A stretch of 63,651 nt of DNA, counting the filler, from Octopus bimaculoides (taxonomy: Eukaryota): NCBI RefSeq assembly GCF_001194135.2. It is 6 parts of 6 records of this genome, joined end to end, with 100 filler letters (N's around TTAATTAATTAA, not from the genome) between each part and the next. Parts side by side here need not be neighbours in the genome. Positions count along the whole stretch, not along the records: positions 8,014 to 16,632 come from NC_069006.1; positions 16,733 to 36,104 come from NC_068981.1; 4 more parts are not named here. One strand, given 5' to 3'. Below, in pieces: positions 13,127 to 24,089 of this stretch (the stretch's first letter is position 1; each line of letters starts with the position of its first letter). The position numbers and the translations under genes are program-made. The notes beneath the pieces are model-generated. The model was not told the origin of the DNA. It was given only the letters and a program-made list of their open reading frames with translations, and made no database searches.

Positions 13127-13979
13127 ATTCCTACCAATATTTTCCCCTCCTGATACACCCACTGGAAACAGCGATTATGATTTTGATTTCACTTGCCTTA
13201 ATAGGTCTTCACAAACAAGGTTTATTGTTCAATGAATGAGGGTTATTCATAAGTCAGGTAACTCTGATGAGTGTAAAGTTATATAATCAGTTTGTTACAT
13301 AACACTCCATTGTAATCTTTACGTGAAACTGATTGGTATGACCAGCCACGATAGTGTGTGCTGTGTATGTGTGTTTGTGTGTTGTGTGTGTGTTTGTGTA
13401 TGTATGTGTGTGTGTGCATGTGTTTGTGTTTGTGTGTGTGTGCTTTGTGTGTGTGTGTTTGCGTGTGTGTGTTTGTGTGTGTGTGTGTGATAGCTGATTT
13501 ATGGCAGGCAGGAGTCCTGACATTGATATCGTATCAGGCTGTTAGTGCTGCTAGGTTTCAAATGATGTCGTTAGCAATAATCTTAATCTATATGATTAAT
13601 ACAACAATTTATATCGAACTCTATTAATAGATGCATCATTTGAAAGATAAGAAAAGGAAATGCTCAGAAGTGTTGAGTTTCATAGCAATTTTCATTTGTG
13701 AGAACATAAAATGTACCAGACCAATTCTACTATACATTTATGAAAAGAGCAGACATTGTCTCACAAGCAGTTGTGCAGGCAAAACTGTTAGTAAATGTGG
13801 TCGGATTGACCTGAAAATTTGCACACCTATGTTAAAAGTACTGGGGAGTTAGGTGTGATTTCCTTTTGATATTTCAGGCTAGTTTCATATAAATTCGAGT
13901 AAGACTATTTTTTGTGTATGGCCACTATTTTCATTGGTCAATTTTTAAATGTTGTTTATGGTTGTGGTTGTTGTATTCA

Positions 13980-14212
13980 CCATTTTACTGGCTAGATCTA
14001 TGTTTCAATGATCATACATAATACTTGTTTATTCTCATTGTTTTAAATTAACCATATGTTATCTTGTGGCTTCATTGTTTTGATAACGTGAATTCTATGT
14101 TTATAAAATGACATTGTGGAGTAGTTGTAAGAGGCTGGATTTGGCTGGCTTGAACATAAAACACGTAGAATATTTGGGACAGATATGGCTCTTTAGAATG
14201 CTAAAGGATTAA
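13980..14212. mobile_element. piggyBac-type MITE in the transporter 3' UTR region
   Basis: Ends GAATGCTAAAGGA-TTAA and shares CTGGATTTGGCTGG with the element at 1-2122. Left boundary approximate. Confidence 0.55.
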
Positions 14213-14625
14213 ATTCTGTGGATATCAACTTTACATTGTCTGCTTTCATGGTTTATTTGACAGTGGAAATTAGTAAAAATAAAAATAAAATAATTCTTAA
14301 AATATATTTTTATACATGGAATATATGTGTGTAATATATAACATACATATGCAAATATATGTATATATGTATGTATATATTTGCGTGTATACACATACAC
14401 ACACACATATGTAAATATATATTCATATATGTAAATATATGCATATATATAAAAATATATATGCATATATGTAAATATATACATATATATGTAAATATAT
14501 ATATATATATAATGGTATATGATGTATATATTTTAAATGGTAGCTGCTTCAAGTTATTAGAGATTGGTCATCAATGTTGCTTATATAATCCTGTTAATTC
14601 AGCCTGTGCTTCGATCTCCTCAGTT

Positions 14626-14684
14626 TCACTTCTGCTCAGCAAGCTTGCTCTTTCGGAAACCATAGCCAAAATATATGAAGAAGC
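14626..14684 (-). CDS. Cationic amino-acid transporter (SLC7A1-4/SLC7A14 subfamily), last coding exon
   Basis: Acceptor TTTTTTCAG at 14685; phase-1 exon (G)FFIYFGYGFRKSKLAEQK with TGA at 14628-14626. G-F-x-I-Y-F-G-Y-G is the CAT C-terminal signature, and the phase matches the upstream exon. Confidence 0.92.
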
Positions 14685-14734
14685 CTGAAAAAAGAAAAGT
14701 GTAAGATATCATTTAAGCATCATGTTGTATAGGT

Positions 14735-14920
14735 TTGGGTAAGGGGCTAAGTTGATTTCATCAACCCCAGTAGTGCTCAACTGGTACTTATTTTGTCCAC
14801 CTCAAAAGGATGAAAGGCAAAGTCGACCTTGGTGGAATTTGAACTCAGAGCATGCAGACAGACAAATGGACCAAATGCTGCTAAGCATTTTACGTGGCCT
14901 CATCATTCTGCCAGCTAACC
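14735..14920 (-). mobile_element. tRNA-derived SINE (GGCGGCGAGCTGGCAG family), intronic
   Basis: Reverse complement contains GAGTTCAAATTCC (B box) and AAAATAAGTACCAGTT, as at 45632-45863. Confidence 0.75.
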
Positions 14921-15280
14921 CCCTTAACAGATGTTAAATATGACGAAAATGTCTCAGGTGCAAATAACACCTTGAGTAACAAACTCACAAGCTGGCTACA
15001 GTGGTCAGCGACAAGCTGAGAGTATCAAAAGGAGAATATCAGATGCTGTCTAGCTTTCACCCAATTCATTGTGACTTCTCTTAAATTTTCTATGGGAAAG
15101 ATGGTTTCTGTTTACAAACATTTCTGGCAACTAAACAGCTTCAGGAGTGAATTAAATTCATAAAACAGCGTTCCATTGTATTTCAATAATGACAAAACTA
15201 TAAATAAGCTATTACAAGTGAGAAGAGAAGACAGCTGTCTCAGTCAAATGTTATACAGTGAAGGAAGATGAAATACAAAC

Positions 15281-15389
15281 CGATAACCATCCATACACAA
15301 AATCGTATCCATGTTGAAGGCGATAACTTGAGCATGAGATAAATGTTCACAGCAGCACTAAATTCTGGCAGAAATGGTACAAATGGCAC
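15281..15389 (-). CDS. Cationic amino-acid transporter, penultimate coding exon
   Basis: TTTCTAG acceptor and GT donor at 15280-15279; 109 nt, phase 0 to 1. [36 protein letters not shown](G) matches the AA_permease_C motif VPxxPxxPxxSxxxNxYLM...TWxRFxxW. Confidence 0.95.
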
Positions 15390-15425
15390 CTAGAAATAGA
15401 AAAAAATAATTGAGGGTTTTGTTAT

Positions 15426-15825
15426 TTGGGAAATAGGGCGGATGTAAGTGGTGGATGTGAAGCAGCTGTGACAGCAGGAGCGAGACTTGGCTGGGTGAAG
15501 TTCAGGGAATGTGGAGAGTTGTTATATAGGAAAGGGTTCTCATTGGAGATAGAAGGAAGGGTTTATAGGAGTTGCGTGAGAGCTGCAATGCTGTATGGGA
15601 GTGAGACGTGGTGTCTGAGGGGGAGAGAGATGGCAATTTTGAGAAGGACTGAAAGAGCAATGGTGAGAGAAATGTGTGGTGTGAGGCTGTTTGATGATAA
15701 GAGGAAGACTGAGGACTTGATGGGGATGCTGGGGTTGGAGGAATCAGAGGAATGGCTGGCAAGGGTGGATGGAGTGCGGTGGTATGGACATATGTTGAGG
15801 AGGGATGGGGAGCATGTTCTGAGGA
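15426..15825 (+). mobile_element. RTE-clade LINE RT C-terminal fragment in transporter intron
   Basis: GWVKFRECGELL...GRVYRSCVRAAMLYGSETW...VRWYGHMLRR. Confidence 0.85.
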
Positions 15826-15835
15826 NNNNNNNNNN

Positions 15836-16065
15836 GCTGTGGCATTGAGCAGGATGGGCTACTCAATCTGAACAAAATTCTAACTGGGCCCCACCTGCAA
15901 GGTCATGCGCTGTTTATCTTGATATGAGATCACCATGTCGCGCACATATGGCTGTGATGAATGTGCCGGGTGTACCCTAATCAGATGGCTAGTCATGATG
16001 GGTATACTGGGCTTTGTATATTTTACCCCAGTGTCACTTTGATGGCATGCTCTGCTCTCTCACTC

Positions 16066-16118
<53 letters not shown>
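15836..16118 (+). mobile_element. SINE-like element with (AAT)n tail
   Basis: Ends CTCTCTCACTC(AAT)n; a reverse-complement copy lies at 58958-59131. Confidence 0.75.
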
Positions 16119-16119
<1 letters not shown>

Positions 16120-16139
16120 GAAAATCTCTTTCTGCTCAC

Positions 16140-16300
16140 TTTGAATGGGATGTTGGCAGTGTTGGATGGCTGCATAGCAATAATTATCATGCAAATAATG
16201 ATGAGGACTATGAACTGAATAATCAAGTAAATGGCCCAGCCACTGGTCAGGTCATCTTCTGCATTCACCAGGACAACACACAAAGCAATTGCAAACAGAC
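16140..16300 (-). CDS. Cationic amino-acid transporter, third-from-last coding exon
   Basis: CTTTCCACAG acceptor and GTGAGC donor; 161 nt, phase 1 to 0. (G)LFAIALCVVLVNAEDDLTSGWAIYLIIQFIVLIIICMIIIAMQPSNTANIPFK gives two TM helices followed by the QP....FK motif that precedes VP in CATs. Confidence 0.92.
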
Positions 16301-16410
16301 CTGTGGAAAGATAGGGAAAGAAAATACAAAAAAAGTGCAAATTATCCCTTTCCTTAATAACCTCTTATATTGAACTCTACTATTACCCTCTATTTAACTC
16401 TCTCATATCA

Positions 16411-16456
16411 TCTCTGATGAAGGGATATCCGTCATATCTCAGAAACAGCTGTAAGA
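16411..16456 (+). ncRNA. Minimal type I hammerhead ribozyme motif (Penelope-type)
   Basis: TCT-CTGATGA-AGGGATAT(CCGTC)ATATCTCA-GAAA-C(AGCT)G-TA-AGA: intact CUGAUGA/GAAA core, GUA cleavage triad, 3-bp stem I, palindromic stem III. Confidence 0.7.
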
Positions 16457-16599
16457 CTACCTTTCTCTTTATAAATGTCCAAGAAATTATAGTGTGTTAA
16501 ACTATAAGGCACTAAAAGAGAATGACTTACTCCAGACAACAGAATATGCTTCAACACATGAACTCACATAAAGAATCTTGCAAACCAAATCCCAAAACG

Positions 16600-16632
<33 letters not shown>

Positions 16633-16732
16633 NNNNNNNNNNNNNNNNNNNNNNNNNNNNNNNNNNNNNNNNNNNNTTAATTAATTAANNNNNNNNNNNN
16701 NNNNNNNNNNNNNNNNNNNNNNNNNNNNNNNN
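16633..16732. other. Artificial scaffold spacer (44 N + TTAATTAATTAA + 44 N)
   Basis: Same structure as 7914-8013. Confidence 0.95.
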
Positions 16733-18596
16733 AGGAGCTCCCAGGGGCATCCTGTCTTGAATTCCTCTGTTATCGCCTGGAGGACTATGATAAATAGGAG
16801 GGGGCTCAGGACAGAACGTTGGTGGACCCCTACCTCTACCCAGAATTCTTCACTGTACTCATTGCCAACCCTCACCTTACTGACAGTGTCTGTATATGGC
16901 TCGCACAGCTCTCACTAACCATTCTTCTATCCCAAGTTTCCTCATTGACCACCAGATAAGGGATTGGGGGACCCTGTCAAAGGCTTTTTCCATGTCAACG
17001 AAAGCCAGATACAGAGGTTTATCCTTGGCTAGGTATTTCTCCTGCAGCTGTCTTACCAGAAATATAGCATCAGTGGTGCTTTTCCCTGGCATGAACCCAA
17101 ACTTCATGTCATCTAAGCTGACTCGCTCCCTAATTAGTTGGATTTTGACCCTCTCCATGACTTTCATTACCTGATCCAACAACTTGATACCTCTGTAATT
17201 ATTTGTATCTAAGGCGTCACCTTTACCTTTGTAACAGTTGACTATGGTGCTGCTACACCAGTCATTGGGTATGACTCCTTCGTGTATCACCTGGTTAACA
17301 ATATGGGTGACTAGGCTATAGCCGACACTGCCAGATATTTTGAGCATCTCTGCAGTGATTCCTGATAGGCTGGGGGCTTTCCCTGTCTTTATATTCATAA
17401 TTGCTTTATCTACCATGGAACTGTCGACTTGGATAGCTGGTCCCTCTGTTGGGTCGACATTCATCAGACTCTCTTTCTCCCATTCATTCTCTTTATCGAG
17501 CAATCTTTCATAGTGGCGCCTCCAAACCTCTTTCTTTGCAGCCTCATTTAGAGCAAGCGTATCATCATCCATGTGAACACATTTCTCTCCCACGACATCA
17601 CGATTCTCTCTCACACACTGTGTTGCAATACGAAATACTTCAAGTCTTTGGTCCTCACGGCGCCGAACATTGGCAAACTTTTTCTTATCTGCTTCCCCTC
17701 TAGCTAGATAAACCTGTCTACTAGCTTCCCTTCTAGCAATCTGATACACTTCCCTGCTACCTCCATTCTTCCAGTCCTTCCAAGCCTGTTTCTTTTGTCT
17801 GATAGCCCTGTCAACCACACTCTTCCACCACCAAGTTATTTTGGGTCGAAAGAGGACTTTACACCAGCCACAGATCTGGTCGGTGGCACTCAGCAGGTTG
17901 TCCGTAGGAACCTCCAGTTGTCTTCCATGTTGTATGATGCTATATTCCCTTCTATTTCGTCAAATGCTTCAAGTAGTATGTTTCTAAATCTCTGTCCGTT
18001 TGCTGGATCTTTAAGTTTCCAAACCCTTCTCCTCCATGTCGGTCTACTTCTGGGCATCCTTTTTGCCTTGATCCCGAAGTTGCTAACTACTGATCTGTGT
18101 TGAGGGGTACATTCTTCGCCAGGGAAGGTTTTGGCAATTATAACCCGCCCTCTTTCCCTATTTCTGGCAAGGATGTAATCGATTTGGCTAGAGTGTCTGC
18201 CGGAGCGGTAGGTGACAGGCAGGTTTCTTGATGTTGATATTGCAAACCATAAGATCATTTGCATCACAGAACTCCAGTAGTCTAGTTCCCTCCTCATTGC
18301 GAGAACCGCAGCCATAGCCTCCATGAATGCCATGGAAGCCCCCTGCATGACTTCCAACATGACCATTGAAATCACCAGCCACAAAGAGAATGTCCCTGTC
18401 ATTCGTCAACGAGGTAGTTTGCAGGAGGGTGTCATAGAATTGGTCTTTCTGCCCATCCGGTAGTCCCAGTTGAGGCGCATAGGCCGAGATGACGGTTGCT
18501 AACCTATGATGAAGCACTAGCCTAATCTTAAGTACCCTGTCACATATTCTAACTACCTTGATTACCTTATCAACCCATTTCTCTGCTAGGAGTATT
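16733..18596 (-). mobile_element. RTE-clade LINE, APE endonuclease + RT, frameshifted
   Basis: ISAYAPQ, VAGDFNGHVG, QIDYIL (APE) and NYRGIKLL, FVDMEKAFDRVP, GVHQ.SVLSPLLF, GCPWEL (RT). Confidence 0.95.
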
Positions 18597-18697
18597 NNNN
18601 NNNNNNNNNNNNNNNNNNNNNNNNNNNNNNNNNNNNNNNNNNNNNNNNNNNNNNNNNNNNNNNNNNNNNNNNNNNNNNNNNNNNNNNNNNNNNNNNT

Positions 18698-20510
18698 GGT
18701 TAGTGAGAGCTGTGCAAGCCATGTACAGAGATGCTGTCAGTAAGGTAAGGGCTGGAAATGTGTACAGTAATGAATTCTGGGTAGAGGTAGGGGTCCACCA
18801 AGGCTCTGTCCTCAGCCTTTCCTATTTATCATAGTCCTCTATGCTGATGACCTTGCACCAATTGCTGAGTCACTATCAGAACTAGAGAAGTTTTAGGTGT
18901 GGAAGCAGGGACTAGAATCGAAGGGCCTTCGAGTAAACCTAGCTAAAACCAAAGTAGGAAGGTAGATAAAACACAAACCCCTTCAGGTAGATGGCCCTGT
19001 TCAATATGTAGAAAAGGTGTAGGTAGTAACTCTATAAGATGTACCCATTGCAAGTTATGGACACATAAGAGGTGCAGCAATATCAAAGGCAGGTTAACTA
19101 GGAAGTTAGTTTTTGTATGTGGCAGATGTTCAGATGCAATAAACACTGTAAATAAACAGGAAACAACTTCTATCTCATTCCAGGGAGAAAATCTAGAGGT
19201 AGTTGATAGCTTCCGCTATCTGGGTGACCAAGTTAGTAGTGGGGGTGGGTGTGCTGAAAGTGTAGCTGCTNNNNNNNNNNNNNNNNNNNNNNNNNNNNNN
19301 NNNNNNNNNNNNNNNNNNNNNNNNNNNNNNNNNNNNNNNNNNNNNNNNNNNNNNNNNNNNNNNNNNNNNNNNNNNNNNNNNNNNNNNNNNNNNNNNNNNN
19401 NNNNNNNNNNNNNNNNNNNNNNNNNNNNNNNNNNNNNNNNNNNNNNNNNNNNNNNNNNNNNNNNNNNNNNNNNNNNNNNNNNNNNNNNNNNNNNNNNNNN
19501 NNNNNNNNNNNNNNNNNNNNNNNNNNNNNNNNNNNNNNNNNNNNNNNNNNNNNNNNNNNNNNNNNNNNNNNNNNNNNNNNNNNNNNNNNNNNNNNNNNNN
19601 NNNNNNNNNNNNNNNNNNNNNNNNNNNNNNNNNNNNNNNNNNNNNNNNNNNNNNNNNNNNNNNNNNNNNNNNNNNNNNNNNNNNNNNNNNNNNNNNNNNN
19701 NNNNNNNNNNNNNNNNNNNNNNNNNNNNNNNNNNNNNNNNNNNNNNNNNNNNNNNNNNNNNNNNNNNNNNNNNNNNNNNNNNNNNNNNNNNNNNNNNNNN
19801 NNNNNNNNNNNNNNNNNNNNNNNNNNNNNNNNNNNNNNNNNNNNNNNNNNNNNNNNNNNNNNNNNNNNNNNNNNNNNNNNNNNNNNNNNNNNNNNNNNNN
19901 NNNNNNNNNNNNNNNNNNNNNNNNNNNNNNNNNNNNNNNNNNNNNNNNNNNNNNNNNNNNNNNNNNNNNNNNNNNNNNNNNNNNNNNNNNNNNNNNNNNN
20001 NNNNNNNNNNNNNNNNNNNNNNNNNNNNNNNNNNNNNNNNNNNNNNNNNNNNNNNNNNNNNNNNNNNNNNNNNNNNNNNNNNNNNNNNNNNNNNNNNNGG
20101 ACATGAAACTCAGCTTGCGACGACTTATTGGGGCAAGCGAAATCAGGATGGCACCTGTGCCCAGCGTCGCCTTTCTGGCACTTGTGCCCGTGGTATATGT
20201 AATGGACTTTCGAGCGAGATCGTTGCCAGTGCCCCTGGACTGGCTCTTGTACGGGTGGCACATAAAATACACCATTTGAGCGTGGCCGTTGCCAGTACCG
20301 CCTGACTGGCCTTCGTGCGGGTAGCATGTAAAAGCACCCACTACACTCTCAGAGTGGTTGGTGTTAGGAAGGGCATCCAGCGGTAGAAACTCCGCCAAAT
20401 CAGATTGGAGCCTGGTGTAGCCATCCGGTTTTACCAGTCCTCAGTCAAATCGTCCAACCCATGCTAGCATTGAAAGCGGATGTTAAACGACGATGATGAT
20501 GATATATACA
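18698..20510 (+). mobile_element. RTE-clade LINE 3' half with (GAT)n tail
   Basis: WLVRAVQAMYRDAV, YADDL and the PHD-like Cys cluster (18986-19132); 3' UTR ends CCAACCCATGCTAGCATTGAAAGCGGATGTTAAAC(GAT)n. A gap spans 19271-20098. Confidence 0.9.
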
Positions 20511-21637
20511 CATATAGATATATATGCATATACATATATATATACGTATATGTCTATTCATCTGTGTGTATGCATCAGTACTTATATGAGTGTGTATGTG
20601 TTCTTAGATGTACTTTCACACAACTGCACATATGTGTACACACACATGAACACACATATACACGAGCATGCCCTCATCATGTACAGACACATGCGTATGC
20701 ACCTTTATCTCCATGTACATATCCACATGTGCATGCACACAGGAGTATGCATGTTTACATGCATCCACGGGTGCACACTTGTGCACATGTATGCCCATGT
20801 ACACATCTGGGTGCATGCATAGGGTGAGCAGCTTCACATGCTCACTCACATGCACATGCACATACATTTGCGTAGTCATGCACAAGAGGTGAAAGTATGC
20901 AGGTAGACAAGCATAGATAAGTGTTGGGGATTGGTGATTTGCGGTGCTATTCATGGGGATTAATTTGTAACAGTGACATTAGTGCAGGCTGTGCTAGGAG
21001 TGGCTGGTACTAAGGAGTACCAAAGATTCTGAATCAATCTGTTTTGATCTATATAAACAAGTGAAGGTAGAAAATGCTAAAATAATTTTATCGTGAAGAA
21101 CATTTTAGTACTGGTTTCAGTCTTCGCAACTTTTTCAACTTAGAGTAAAGCATGAAAAACAATTAAAAAGTAGAAAAACTAAATGAAATATTTTTTAAAA
21201 ATATTTCCATAATTTTGAAATGCAAGGGCTATTTTCCTTTTTTCTGTCTGTCTGTCTCTCTCTTTTACTCTTGTGAGAGCTTGGTAGGAGGTAGTAGATT
21301 GTTTAAGCAGCAGTAGTAGTTGAGGAAGGAGTAAGGAAAGAAGAGAAAGAATAATAAAAATGCAGGAACGGTATGACTGTAGTAGGATGTTAGTTGAATC
21401 CTCTTGACCTAAAAGTGGCCTGTTGTGGTTGTAATAGTAGAGATTGGAATTGTTCTGAATAAATTCATGGGTAGTGGCTGTTCTGAATATATTGTTTTTA
21501 ATATTTGCGTGGGTATTATTCTAAGGCCCTTGTAATAGTGTCATTTGTGATGGAAACATTCAAAAAGGATTCATCTTTTATGATAAAATATGACTCCTTG
21601 CTAATGCACTAACTACTGGCATATATATATATATATA

Positions 21638-22660
21638 CACTGGGTGGGGAAGCAAAACTTAGAAATAATAGATAATTCACCAAATTGTTTATTTTATAAC
21701 AACCAGCAACCTGACATAAATATAATTTTAACACAAGTGTATAGGGGTATAAAGAAACAATTTATTTAATATGTCCACTTTCATTGTCCAATACAGGCTT
21801 TACATGCCACCTGAAGGCATCACAACTCTTCATGATGAAGTACTCAAACATGTTGTCCCACTCTTCCCTCAGGACTTGCTTAAGATGATCAACACTTGGA
21901 TGTGAAGTTCTGTTGGTAGTGTGCTCTAATTTTTCCCATATGGCATAGTCCAGGGGTTTCAAGTCTGGGCTGGAAAAAGGCCAGAAGTTGGCAGGCCAAA
22001 AGTTGGCTAAGCTGTCTGTCTTCATAGAATTTCTGCACTTTCTTCACTGTATGAGGAGCACCATCTTGAGTTCACACATAATTACTATTGGGCTAGTTAG
22101 ACTTCAGCCAAAGCAAAACCTTATATTGCAGGACTTTATAATAAACTTCAGTTCCCACCTTTTCCCCAGACTTGAAAAAAATGGAGAGGCATCTTTTTTC
22201 CATCAGATGCCATGACTTGAGCTGGGTACTTGGTCCTTAGGACACCCTTTACTTCAGAAGGTGACTTAGCAATCTATCGATCATTGCAATCTATTGAACA
22301 GTTTAAAACAGCATCAACAGTAAATATTTTTTCATCTGCAAAGATTTTGACAGTTCCTCCATTGTGTATCGCAACACTTTTTTGGCCCTTTCATGCCTTC
22401 TTGCTTTCATTGCATGGGTCAATAAGTGTCTCAGGGTCCTCATGTATGACCTCAACTGTAAATCAGTGTGTACAGCATTTCTGATGGTCTTGGTAATATT
22501 AACAAATGAAACCATTTTTTATTTTGTATATTTTCATTTGTCTTGCTCATTTTTACATTCTGGTATTTTTCTGAAATTTTTCTTGAGAATACGCTCTTCA
22601 TGGTAAGACATTTTGACGTCTACCTTTAGCATATTAGGAGTCCACCTTGGTGGTCATTCC
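21638..22660 (-). mobile_element. Tc1/mariner superfamily transposon remnant, maT (DD37D)-like
   Basis: Minus-strand motifs ADEKIFTVD, TQDGAP and WP.SSPDL.PLDYAIW; TA-flanked terminus CACTGGGTGGGG at 21638. The other TIR was not found. Confidence 0.8.
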
Positions 22661-22669
22661 TCCTAATTT

Positions 22670-22720
<51 letters not shown>

Positions 22721-23844
22721 GATAATAAAAAATGGCTTCATTTGACTTGTTGAATAAATTTAATAACCAAAATAATAACTATTATAGTATTATATAGTTT
22801 GTAGGTGGTGTTCTTATTGCAACAATGTTGTTTGTTACATCTGAGGGTGTTGGTGGAGTTTGGATGTGCACCATATATGATCCCTCATATTGTAAAGGAT
22901 TGATAATGTAGATCAGTTCAGCGGGAGCATTGCTTGTTGCTTGTTTGGTTTGTATCAATGTTTCCTGTCGATTCACTGGATTTTCCCTTTCACGGTGTGC
23001 AAATAATAATAATTTTTTAAGTAATTTCAGATCTGGTTACTCCTAGGAGATTAGTGGGTTCAATTTCCATTCCTGTAGCCTCAAATATAATAATTACGGA
23101 ATTCTCCCTGCAATGGATTAAGTAAACAAAGAGAGAAATTTTCATTAGGTTTCTATTCATATCTACTACATGATTGTCCCTACAACCGGATGGTGAATGT
23201 AGAGAATTATTGTTGGTTGATTTAAACAATTTTTTTATGTCAACTAATTTAGATATGTAAAAGCGTTGTTGTATTGAAGATGTAATTGTTTATATATTTT
23301 TTGTTGTAGTTACATGTTGGAGAAGACTTAGGTACTTAATTATATACATTTATATACACACATATACCATTATTGTATGTTGTGATGACAAGAGACTATC
23401 TTGGACATAAAGGGTTTCAATTAGTATGTGTTTGAGATATAATGATGTGAATTCCGATGGTTGTGGATTGCACTTACTTGATTTTAACAGACAATAGTCT
23501 GTTAAAATGTTTTTGTTGTTTTTAAATTGTAATTATTGTAAGATTGAATAATTAACACTTATACTCATAACGCAGCCATTTGAATTAATTTTTACGATCC
23601 AGCTGTCCTTTCCAGATGGGATTTCGTCTTTCTGAACCGAATTACCCCTGAAGTAGTTTATATATAATTGAACTGTGATTATGTATATCAGTAAAACATA
23701 TATATTAGTCGAAACAATTTGTTGGACTTTTACATAATTTATATAATATTATGTTATGTATTATATTCACAGTATTTAATGTAATATTGTAATTTAAATA
23801 AATTATTGAACATCAATAGAATATCTCTATATTTAACTTATCTT

Positions 23845-23878
<34 letters not shown>

Positions 23879-23942
23879 NNNNNNNNNNNNNNNNNNNNNN
23901 NNNNNNNNNNNNNNNNNNNNNNNNNNNNNNNNNNNNNNNNNN

Positions 23943-23987
<45 letters not shown>

Positions 23988-24089
23988 TCATATACATATA
24001 GAATATGAGTGGTTTAGTTCAGTTATGATCAAAACGTTCAGGTATGCTCAGTAAGTGCTATAATTGGTCATCCATTAAGTTCCAAGTTC

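Noticed and set aside
14571-14684. Longer phase-0 reading ASSYILAMVSERASLL...LYKQH* of the terminal exon
   Set aside because: The upstream exon ends in phase 1, and only the phase-1 frame gives the GFxIYFGYG signature.
16733-20510. Single RTE insertion with a twin-priming 5' inversion
   Set aside because: The region shared by the two arms (WLVRAV..SPLLF) differs at many positions and gaps bound both arms; two independent copies are more likely.
23310-23340. 22-nt AG...GT microexon candidate (TTACATGTTGGAGAAGACTTAG)
   Set aside because: No homology to CARMIL, weak donor, and expected by chance in AT-rich DNA.
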